From NCBI GenBank assembly GCA_002633005.1, contig NMRA01000349.1, positions 341,964 to 405,963 of the forward strand: 64,000 nucleotides of DNA, given 5' to 3'. How positions within the stretch are numbered: position 1 is the stretch's first letter; every line of letters starts with the position of its first letter. The stretch comes from Phoronis australis. Its lineage: Eukaryota > Animalia > Phoronida. The notes under the pieces are model-generated. The model was given only the letters and a program-made list of their open reading frames with translations, searched no databases and was not told where the DNA came from. Positions 40,601 to 52,600 of this stretch are shown piece by piece. The position numbers were made by a program, and so were the translations under genes.

Positions 40601-43600
40601 TGACTCCTTTATCAATGAAAAAAATCACGCGCTTGTGTGTGATGAAACAGTTATAAATAAAATGTTTTGCTTTCGCATGACAAATTTGAAACCTACTACT
40701 TGATGCATTTTAATTTTTGAAACTCTTTGATGTATGAAGCGATGAATATAAATAGCTATTCAACTTAGAACGTTCTATAGGAAATATCTAAACTTCTCGT
40801 CTATTTCCAGCTTTTCACTTGCTCTCGGGCTCAGTAATCACGATACAAAATTTCTGGTTATTTTTTTTATTGACAGTAATTTCGTACTAAAATAATTGTC
40901 AATGCATGACTACTTTTTGCTTATAATTGGTACTTTAGCAAATGTTGTTTTGTCACAAACCATGCTTGTAATGGGCTAAAATATTATTAATCTTTACTTT
41001 CATGGAGAAATTAACAAAATGGATTCTGAATTTCACTTGTTGGCCATATTGTGTGGTAAGTGAGTGAAGAATTGTGGAACTTCTGACATATATAGGTCAC
41101 TCTGGCTCCAGCCTTCAACTGTTCTTTTCCAGCTTCTATTGAGGATCTGTATGCTTTCCACTACTCCATGCCTGGTGACGTGTCTAAGGGCCATGGCTGG
41201 GACATGTACGGCATCAAAACAGACTACCTGAGGCAAGGGGTGCCTAATGAGACCTGGTTGTTGACCAACCTCAACAAGGAATATGAGGTTTGTGACATTT
41301 CAGCAGCTTGCGTGCATTTCAATACTGACGAAGAAAATTATAGCGCGTTTAATTTGATATGAGAATTTTTGTGAATAGTCTTCTAGTTACCTAGGACCCT
41401 CAGGACACCAGAAAAATGTCCAAATTTAGCTGATTTCGGAACCTCGAATCTCAGATATGACTGACTGGAGTCGTATGAAACTTTCAAATGCTACGTTTCA
41501 TGCACCGTTCTTACAAACGCTTACAGGAATTGTTTTTGGAATGCTCTCCCTTTGCTTGAGGACGGTTACAAAAAATAGGACTTTTATGATTTTCTGCTGG
41601 TTTTGACTTTTTTTTTTACCGCTGGTGACGGTAATCCTACTTAGTGTAGTATTTCTCAACCCCTAAAATGCTTCAGATTTGACTTTTGTGCGAGTGAATA
41701 CTAAATCAGAGTTCCCTTTCGCTGAAATCCGTCAATAGATGTGAGTGAAACATTAACCATTGACATTTTTATATGCTCAGTGACGAGATATTAGTTCTGT
41801 CATTGATTTCGAGATGTCCACGTTTCAAGTTTATGAGCTGAATGTCATCGATTTACTTTTTAATACTGTTTGCACGTAGCTGGGTGTAGTTTTGGTGTTG
41901 AAATTCGAACCTTATTACAAGCCACATTGTTTGAGGAGCAATTAATTGCGCGAAGTCATGGTGTTGATTAAATATAATGGCTGTACTATTTGTTGACATG
42001 AATTGGGGAAAATCAAAGACAATGTCAGTTCCTTGATTGCTAAAAGTAATTGTAAGAATTTTCCATTCTTTAAAAGCTGATCGCCCTGATAAAATAGCAG
42101 TTTTACTTAGTGTTTTGTGACATCTGTAACGTAGAAAATATATCTGAAACTAAATAAGGCGATCCAGATCCTCCCAAGGATACTATTGTTTCATGAAATG
42201 AAGAATATAAATAGGTAAATAAAACAACATGAAAGGATCAACTGAAATTTGAAATTTTCGGAGGTAACAACTTCCTTTATCAACAAAAACAGAAATAAAG
42301 TAAAATCAAACACAAAATGACAATTGTGGCGTGCATACCACGCCTGAATTTCTAATACACAAACATCTTTAAGCCTTGTCTGCACGCCACCTGTTGGCCA
42401 CATCATAGCTAGAGCATCTTCACGGTTAGCAGAAGGTCCTGAGTTCGAGTACCTGTCGCAGTCAGAAATTTTTTCAGAATTTCATTAGGTCATCATATGA
42501 TGTGGCCAACGGATGGCGTGCAGACCAGACTTAAAAATGTTTAATTTTCATGCCTGTTCAAGATTTCAATGTGGAAGCTGCAATACACTCCAGAGTCGAA
42601 CAAAGTAAAGTTTGATTTCGACCACAATTTGTCTCAACTTGTATCTTACTCAAATGCATAATGAGAAGCAGGTTTTGGTCATGCAAAGAATTGACAGTTT
42701 GTCATTGCTTGAGACGGTGCATTTCTGGTTGTTATATACTGCTGTTTGACCCCTTACCCTTCCTGTGTGACCCCTGACCCTTCTTGTGTGACCCCTGACC
42801 CTCCTTTTGTGACCTACCTTACTGGTTTGAGCAGTTTATGCACATTTCTCAGCAAAAGCATCGGATGATTTTTGCTCCATAACGAGAATTACAGGTGCTA
42901 ACATAAAAATGCTATTTAGAAGTATAAAGCAATAAGGTTGATATATAAACATATACAAAAATGACCACTGCTTCAGGTAAAAAAATCCTCGTCTCTAAGA
43001 ATTGAATATTTGTATATGCCCTCCGTGATTTTGAAGGTCACACACCTTCATTGAACTACTTTCAGTGTAACATTTTTAAAATGTAAAATATTGAAAAGAC
43101 AACCATTCCAATGAATAAATAAATATGAGTTTTGAACACTGATAGTATAAACTGTCCTGTTGCATTCTGTAACTCAGTTCTTAGTATGATGTTTTTGGTA
43201 TCCTCATTTTTTACTCTTCATATGTTACAGTTGTGTGACACGTATCCTCGACACATCTACGTTCCGTCGACGGCCACCACACCAGTACTTGTGGGCAGTT
43301 CCAAGTTTCGTAGCCGAGGACGCCTACCTGCCCTGTCTTACCTTCACACTAACCAGGTGAGGGCTTGTTACATTGATTACATACTGCTACGCAGGCCACC
43401 TGGTCGTGAAATGCATTTGAATCAGCCATGAGTCTCTGACAGTTGGTTAACGGACAATTTATCATTCATTTAGTTTGCTGTGAAATTACTGACCTAGATT
43501 GATTTCATTGAGAAAAAGTTTTATTGTATTATTATTATTTTGATTGTCCAATATCTTGGTGTTGCATGAGCTTAAATTTTCTGGTGTGCGGAAAATCTAG

Positions 43601-46600
43601 CATTTTGTAGCCCCGAAAACTCTGGATAATACATCATAGTCTCTTAGTAGGTGACTGGTCTTTAAATTCAATGTCAACTTAATGCTGGCTGTTTCTTCAT
43701 TGTGGTGTCATACCTGATACTGATTTTCGATCAGTTAATTAAGTGTCTTTGTGGATATTTTGACTGCTTGGAGAATGGTGACATCACTATTTATTTGAGG
43801 AGAGACCTCTTCCCTACTGTGGTGTCAAATTAGGGATATTTCCAGGACCGGATCCAGGATTTTGAGTTAGGGGGGCCAGGACACAGGAATAACTAGAATT
43901 TCAGCAAGTGCACGTACTCAGCCTACAATGTGGGAATGCGGGGGTCTCGAATTTTGGGTTTGCGGACCTGTTGACTAAAAAAAACGGTCAACGGGGTTTG
44001 TTCAGGGCCTATGCATTGTTTATTCAGTCCCCGAGCCCCCTTGGTTGCGTGCATGTGCTAGTCAGCAATTCGCATCCGAACTCCCAAATGGTATCTGGTA
44101 GAATTTTGGGGGGCATGGCCCCCTTGCCGCCCCCCCCCCTAAATCCGCCACTGATTTCAGTAGGTGATGTGCTAGCCATAACTATAACTGCTCTGTGTCC
44201 CTCTGGTCAGCACCTGGCTGGCTCCAGTGCCCACTATGATGTCTAAATCATAGTAATAACTCATGTTCATTACAGACTGCTCCATGTCACAGCAGTAGTC
44301 AGCAACTGGCTGGCTTCAGTGACCTCTATGTTTCAGTCATAACAAACACATACTAGGTTCATTGCAGGGTGCTCTTTGTCACGGTATGCAGTGGCTGGCT
44401 ATCTGGCTACTTGGCTAGATGGCTAGCTGGCTAGCTTCAGTGCCTACTGTAGCCTCACGTAAATGACTTGACACAGAGCAGCTTACACTGAGCAGATGAT
44501 TGGGCACAAGTATGTGTGTAAATGTGACTGACATGGAGCAAAGTGACACCCCAGCGACCATTCGATCAGTTGCTCCGGTGTCAACTACACGTCAAGACAC
44601 AAACTGGGGCAAGGCGGAAGAATCATCTTTTATTGGGCTTTTGCGCTAGACATGTACATGCAGAGGATCATATTGTTTTGGACGTTCGACGTTGTTAATT
44701 CGAACACCCACAGACCGTCTTTGAATAATTGACTTACATGTTGATCCAGTTTGCAATTATGTCGTGTAAATGCAATTGAAATGGAGCAGCTTGTGCCGTG
44801 ACATCTTGCGCCATGGCAAGTGTTCCTCGTGTGAGAACTGCTCATGGTGTCTAAAACATAACAATAACTTCCGTATGTTCATTACGGGCGCTTGCTAGCT
44901 TCAGGGTCTGCTATGATCTCCTGACCATAACTATAGCTTATGTTCATTTCAGGCTGCTCTATGTCGTAGTAGTCAGCCACTGGCTGGATTCAGTGCCCGG
45001 TGTGTTGAAGACGAGCAGATGCTACAGGCTATTCTTAAGGCTAACCCCAACTCTAATTACATGTATGTGGTGGATACAAGGCCCAGGGTAGGTCATATCT
45101 AGATGTAGGTCATATCTAGATGTAGGTCATATCTAGATGTAGGTCATATCTAAATGTAGGTCAAACAAAGAATTTGTCATGTAAATTAGTTACAATAAAC
45201 GGCCTTTGGTTTATTGTCCTTACTAAAATTGTTGGCATAAAACATTTCGGATTTATTGTGTTATGTTTTTAGCAGTATTTAGCATCCTGCGTTTCATAAA
45301 GTGGTGCTTACGTTACGGATAGGCTGGCTGAGGATATCACCATTGCTCACCTTGAACCCCAGGGGGTTACTTCAGTGGAAGATGTATAAGGGACGTGCCA
45401 CTCAGAGGAGTGGCCTTTTCACAATCAGTTCCCCTGCGAGTAGGAAAAGGTCCCTTTTGTAATAAAATTCCCTCCAAAAGAGTGCCTGTCTGACAAAATT
45501 TCCTGCCAAAGTGTTCACTTTGATAGTTTGAAAATCTAGGAAAGGTTCCCTTTTCTAACTACTAAAATGTACGAATTTAAAGAGTTTTATTATCTATATT
45601 TTAAAAACTTTTGTTGCAGCCGATGTACTTATTTTTGAAAACGTGACATTTCAGGCTTTATGGCTAAACAATTTTATACTTAACCCTAGTTGAACCATTC
45701 TCTTGGCAACTGCATCAGATGCATGTGATTGATATCTGCACCATGATGTCCCCTGTTATTTTTACCTAATTAAATGTACTCATTAGACTTAATAGTGTGG
45801 AAATGACACAGTGTCGGTTCTATCTAACGCCTCCAATGTCAAATCAGAACAATTCGTATGATCAGTCAGTCGCTATACACGGGTGGTTGTTACTGCATTC
45901 ACGAAACATCACAGTACTCGCCTATAGCTGAGGAACTCTCCGAAAGAATAAAATACCACCAGGTATGAGAAGGCAAGATGCCACAGAGCTGCGTGTTTTA
46001 ACGTGTTGTAATGTTGAGGGTAAAAATCACCTACAGTTGTAGAATTGTTGACTTGCGTTAGGAATGTTCAGATGTTGCCAAATAGCATGACGTGTGTGCC
46101 ATCTGTTGGCAGATCAACGCTATGGCTAACAAAGCAGCCGGAAAGGGTTACGAGAGTGAGAACTTCTACTCCAACATCAAGTTCATGTTTTGGAACATTG
46201 AGAACATCCACGTGATGAGGGGTAGTCTACAGAAACTGGTGGAAGGTACGCTGTTCTCCTCACTACCGTTGTTTAGTTTCCACGAAGGAAAAAATTGGTT
46301 CTCCATTTGTGTGTACATGTAGATATTTCCTAGTCTTTGTTGTGTGCTATGACGACAAATTAAAGCTCTCCCCTTTCACTTTCTTCTTAAATATGAGAGG
46401 TAGAAATTTGCTTAGTAAGTCACAAAAAGACGATTTTTGGCTTATTGAATCTAAGTGAGCAACTAGGTGTCCGTTGAAATTGGAGCCCCAGTGTAAAACA
46501 GGCGAATTGCAGGCGACCTGTTGTAACTAATTTCAATTCAAACAAAAGATAAGAACATCACCACATTGCTTTGGAAGATCAAATATGCCCATAAAAACAG

Positions 46601-49600
46601 TTGATATTTTAACACCAGTATATGGTTCGTGGTAACTCTGAATTAACACCTCCAGAGGGCTTTGGTTGTTATCTGGCTGAGTTTACACTGCATGTCTCCA
46701 AGTTGTAATTGTTTTCATGCACTTCATGTAAGTGTAGCGTACAAATGTTTCTGCTGAAAGGCAATCTTTACTTTACTTTCACCAGTTTAGAGTTTAATCA
46801 ATCGAGAGATATCCAATAAAATTGGAACATTTCGTAAATTAAAGTTCTGGATGTATTGTGTTTTTACTGGCAATTCATAAAAAGTGAAGTTCATTGCTAC
46901 TCAATGGTGGTGGCCATTTTGTCGGTGCACCACCAGAAAGTCAAAAATTCTTTAAAAATTCCACGTTTAATTCTGGTTATTTTGAAAACATTGTATGAAG
47001 TGGTGAAAGAGCATAATTGGAAAATAAGTTTCAACTAGATAGGTTTGCGGTTAGGATTCTTTTCAAGAAGTTTTTGACTGTAAAAAGGCAGAAAAGGTAC
47101 ATCCAAACTGTGAGAGTTCATCTTTTTAACTGTAGTGCTTCGTTTCTGCCTCAAGTTAAAGATGAGAAAACTTATTAAACTAATCAGAGCAAATTGCATT
47201 GCAGGTAATAGTCACTTACTGGAGTCCCGGACTTTGAGAACCAGTTTCCTCCTCTGAATAACAGGTGTCAAACTGGTTCTCAAAATGTATCTTTTGAGCT
47301 AAATTTTAATTGTAGAAATACACAGTCACGTAACCCAATTGATAACAGATTGTTAACATGTCAAAAATCAAATTCTACGGGCTTTTTACTTTCAGAAAAT
47401 GTGTACTTTTACTTAATCTAAAACAATTTTTTTCTAAATGCACAGACCTGTGGATAAGGTCCTACAAAACACTAAGATTCATTTGGGAGCTGTCACTCAC
47501 ATACCTATACACTGCATTGGGCACGCCCTCTGTGGATAATGTGAAAAACTGAAAGACCCTTAAAGTCCACAAAGAGCTCAACAGGTGGTAGCGGTATTGT
47601 GTTGTCACGCTGTTTCTCACACGTCTCAGCAGTTTTGCGCTTTTCAAATTTCTCTGCAGTTTGTGGCATGAAAAACCCTACCATGAGTTCATTCCTGTCT
47701 GGCCTTGAGAGCAGTGGGTGGTTGAAACATATCAAAATTATTATGGAGACGTCAGCCTTCATCTCTAAGGTAAGCGCTGCCACTAGCCATGGCCATTTTG
47801 TTAATTATTGCTCAGTAGTATTTCTGTACCTAATGTTTGAAATATTTAGTATTCCTGGAATGTTTAATGACTCTGTGCTCAATCTAGTTAAAACACATTC
47901 CATTGTGTTGATTAATTCGTGCACTTCTGGGCATATACTCCATGGCAATCTCTACAGGGTCTTTGAGTCTACGAGTATTTCATTCAAAAGTGATGATCTG
48001 TGCTTTTGGGACTGATTAGTAATATTGATTTATCAATTCCAGATTACATATTCAGCAAATTATCAACATACTTGTTCATTGCTCATGTAGTTGACAATCC
48101 CATTAATGTGAACAAATTAATTAATTTCCAGGCTTTTCAAGAGGGCGCCACTGTGTTCTTACACGCTGTTCACTTGGATGAGATCTCTAAGTTATGTGAG
48201 CCTGTTTATTCCTCACTAATAAGAAATGCACCAATGTTCATGTACACTGTTCACATTGATTAGATCTCTAAATAATGTGAACATGTTTGTTGCAGTCTAT
48301 GCAGAAAGGCATCAACGTTCATGTACACTGTTCACGTAGATTTTACTTCTAAGTAATGTGGTTATGTTCATTCCTGACTTTTCAGAAAGGCACCAGTGTT
48401 CATGTGCACTCTTCATGTAGATTAGATCTTTAAGTAATGTGGGCATGTTTATTCTAGACTATGCAGGAAGGCACCAGTGTTCATGTACAATGTTCACGTA
48501 GATTAGATCTCTAAGTAATGTAAACATGTTTATTCCAGACTATACAGGAAGGCACCAGTGTTCATGTACACTTCACGTGGATTAGATCTCTAAGTAATGT
48601 GAACATGTTTATTCCAGACTATGCAGGAAGGCATAAACGTTCGTGCACACTGTTCTCATAGATTTTATCTCTAAGTAATGTGAACATCTTTATTCCAGTC
48701 TTTGCAGAAAGACGTCAGTGTTCATGTACACTGTTCACATAGATTAGATCTCTAAGTAATACAAACATATTTATTCCAGGCTTTGCAGGAAGGCATCAGT
48801 GTTCATGTACAATGTTCATGAAGATTTCATCTCAATGTACTATGAACATGTTTATTCCAGACTATGCGGGAAGGCATCAGTGTTCATGTATACTGTTCAC
48901 GTAGATTAGATCTCTAAGTAATGTGAACATGTTTATTCCAGACTATGCAGGAAGGCATCAGTGTTCTTGTACACTGTTCAGATGGCTGGGACAGAACAGC
49001 TCAGACATGTTCACTCGCCAGCATCATGTTAGATCCCTACTACCGAACCATACAAGGCTTCCAGGTACTAACTTGCTAATATCTCAATACATAGTGCCCT
49101 TAAACTAACTTTTAAGTTAGTTAACTTAAAAGTTTATTTGCTCACTGAATAAGTGGAAAATAAGGATAACACTGATAACACTAATTTAGGACACAAAATG
49201 ACGTCAGGTGAAATTTTAGTGTCTCTTTTTTTACACATATAGATATACGGTACCAGATTGGTGCTTTGTCATATCCAAGCTATGTACCATAACTGCCAAC
49301 AGACAATAGTTTGAAAAATCGGGGCATTCACAACAAAGTTAGAACCCCTTGAAAATTGAAAAGTGCAATTTTGGCGATAATTTGTCTCAAAATGGGTAAG
49401 ATTTTACAGTAATCTTCCAACGCAGCATATCAGGTTGTTGACTCAGTGCCGTGAAGCCAAATGTTCATCTGCTTCTGTGACAAATTTATTTTCTGTTGTT
49501 TGCCTTTAAAAGTTCATCAATAAGTTAAATGATGTTTGAGTCTAGTTGACAGTATTAGATAGAAATTTGATTTTGGGATTCGAGATGTGTTGGTCATTGC

Positions 49601-52600
49601 TACAACCTCCCGTTCGTGCATTTTTAAATTCTATTGTTGACATTTTGTGATAGTCTTGATAGATTTCTGCGCAATTGACTTTTCTGTAATCTCCCATAAT
49701 CCCTGCATCGTTCCTAACACTTCCTGTTTGTCTTTTTCAGGCTTTGATCGAGAAAGAGTGGTTATCATTTGGTCACAAGTTTACCGACAGGTGTCGTCTG
49801 CTAGATGTAGTCGATCCTAAGGAAGAGTCTCCCGTCTTCACTCAGTTTGTCGACTGTGTCTGGCAGATGAGTCAGCAGTTCCCGTGTGCATTCCAGTTCA
49901 ACGATCGCTTCCTGTTGGCGCTCCACGATCACGTGTATTCTTGTCAGTTTGGCACGTTTATAGGAAATTGTGAAAAGGATCGTCTGGATTTGAGGTGACT
50001 ATAAAGTATTCTTGTAGATGTAAGCAAACGACGAGATGATGGGTTTGATAATTTTCAAAATCATGGGAAGCGTTTTGCTTGTAGTGGCAAGACATATGCG
50101 ACAAATACTTCTTTTTAGATGGGATTCCACCATTCTACAAATTCATATCCGAACACTTGACATAAAGCCACATTGTCGTCAACACTTCCTTATTGGCACT
50201 GCATACTGCAGTTGAGTTGTTGAAGTCTCGGAAAATGAGAACGTAAATTAAGATTACACATCAGAATTCAGTTATTCGTGGCAAGAATCTGGGCGTTACA
50301 TGTATTACTAAGAGATTTGATTCCTTTGACTTTGTTTTTGCACATTACATCATGACTTGACAGATCTTAGTTATTGTTTTTCTGGCAGTTATCGCAGGTG
50401 TCTATTATAAAATCGTTTATCGTTTTCCATGGTTGTTTTTTGTCGAAAAATGGTGTATGTGTTCACTTTAACTATAAATCTGCATGAAGTGGTGGGTGAT
50501 CTGTCATTGCTTTGTTGGTTTGCTCAAAAAGACAGATTTATCATTAGTCTTGTTTTCATTACCAAAATTACATCCAGTCTTTTTGCTGAGCTTTTAGCTC
50601 GGATTTATGTCAGTCGTCAGCTTGTTTAGTCACCACACATCCGTTTCCTGCATAACTTGTTGTCGTTTTTTTAGGTTGTCCGAGCGAACCTACTCCCTGT
50701 GGGGATATATGGCCAACACAATGGGCGACTACATCAACCCCCTCTATAAGAAGGAATATGAAGCAGAACATCCAATAATCATACCCAACACAAGCCCACA
50801 GTGCTTTAAGTAAGCCTTAATCTCAATCATTTTATTATGGAGTGCCAAACCATCTGATTGGGTTTTCCTTGCATTGTAACATGAAATTTCAGTATTTTGT
50901 TGATCTGGGCCGATTCCTAAAATTTAAACTAATTAATGCCATTCCATCTTAAATGTCACGTGGTACTTAAAAGAAATAATAGGACATTCTTGTGTTTGTG
51001 TCAGTTCGTTCGCATGATTTTTGGTCGATTGCCCGACTTCAAAAATAGGTATTAGAAATATGCGCAAACGTAGCTACCTGTGTAATAATGTAAATGTCCA
51101 TTTTTCTGTGCAGGTTTTGGAGGGGTATGTACAATCGTTTTGAGAATGGTGTGCATCCCCGTGAGAGTATCTCTGACGTACTTGGTGCTATGAGAGACCA
51201 CAGTGTGTCTCTGGATGACCATGTCCAGCTACTGCAGAAGGTATGCAGCTCACTTTCGCTAGGTTGAGAACGTTTAGACTCTGATAGGCCACCACAAATT
51301 TCAGTCTATACTCGGCCTATCCCATACTCATGCGACCTATCCGATGTCAGCATGATCGGGCAATTTTGTTTCGGATTAGTGGTAGAGTTCGGAGATCTTT
51401 CTATGCCGGTGGCCGGACAGCGCTCCCTATATCGTGACCTCTAGTGATAACTCTCGTCAGAGCGTAGTTAACTTTTCCCATTGCAGGGGAGTTGTTCAAG
51501 TCTGTAGTTTAATCCACCTGTTTTGAAAGTAGTTATGGTAATTTTTTAAGTGTGGACGTTCGCTTTTTGCCCAACCAGTACTCCACAAAACAAGAGTTGC
51601 GGCATTGATGAAAAAGTGACAATAAACTTTTACGAGCATTAGCGTGTTTAATTAGCTGACTCTGAGGAGCACAACCTGGCTTTTCATAGTTGCACTTATC
51701 TTGCACACGTCGAGATGTTTTATCAACTGTTGTGAGATTATGGGCCTACAGTTCAAGCCAATGAAGTCAGGCGAAGTGACCTGCAATTCCCTGTCAAGAC
51801 CACTGGGCAGAAACCAAATTCACTGTGAGAGCAGTCTTCCCCCATGGCCGAGAATTAAGGATAATTAGCTGGAAAGTTAACAAGGTGGCTAGGCCATTAT
51901 GAAATTTAAATTTTGTTATCGTAATAGCTATTACTAGTCATTTTTGCTGTCCAATGAATTAGCCTATCATAATGGGGGAATGGTATTATGTCTGATTACT
52001 TTCGTTTTGTACTGTATGTGGTGTCAGATTACAGTTACAATGTTGATAGTCATTAAGGCACAATTGAGCATTAGTTTTGTTGACTAGCTTAAATTGGCTG
52101 CTATGAAATGTAGAAATTGCAATTGTTTGTAGCTGTGTGGCCACATGTTTATCTTGATTGTATTGGATTATCACAGACTGTAACTATCACTGTGTCCCTG
52201 TCTTGTTTACATGCAGAAAGTGAAGTAAGCTCACTTTCCCTGGTTGTCAATCTTATGTTGTCCAGTAGCACCATCTTTATGTCACTGGGCCACTAACTAC
52301 AAGATGATGTCGTCATGCGCACGCCATGTTTGAGGGGTTCTCTTCCTCTTCAAAATGTGGAGCATTCTTTAATTTGCCACTTGTACACGAGGAGCTATTA
52401 AAAAATAGGACTTATATGATTTTCGTGAAAAATTGTGTGAAGTTGCATAAAAAAATGAAATCGTATTGTAGAAAGAGTTTTTGAGATTTCATTTTGAACA
52501 TTTATATGAAATGAAATTTGATCTTGTTATTGATACTGTTGTTTTGCTATGATTGCATCTTTCTTTTTTGTTAAATTTTACTAAAAAGACATGGTCATGT

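Noticed and set aside
42405-42465. Possible tRNA gene (also 54670-54730, minus strand)
   Set aside because: B-box-like motif only. No complete cloverleaf or acceptor stem is evident, and it is embedded in a dispersed repeat, so it is treated as SINE-like.
48910-48921. ATCTCTAAG in the 81-bp unit matches the last 9 nt of exon 8, hinting at a cDNA-derived origin
   Set aside because: Only 9 nt in AT-rich DNA, and it is not joined to exon 9 as in mRNA. Chance cannot be excluded.
48104-48979. Regularly spaced repeats resembling a CRISPR array
   Set aside because: The whole 81-bp unit repeats with no unique spacers, it derives from the adjacent exon junction, no cas genes are present, and the context is a eukaryotic intron.
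48923-49108. 61-aa ORF-track product over the catalytic exon
   Set aside because: Wrong frame. The true frame starts at 48942 and encodes HCSDGWDRT.
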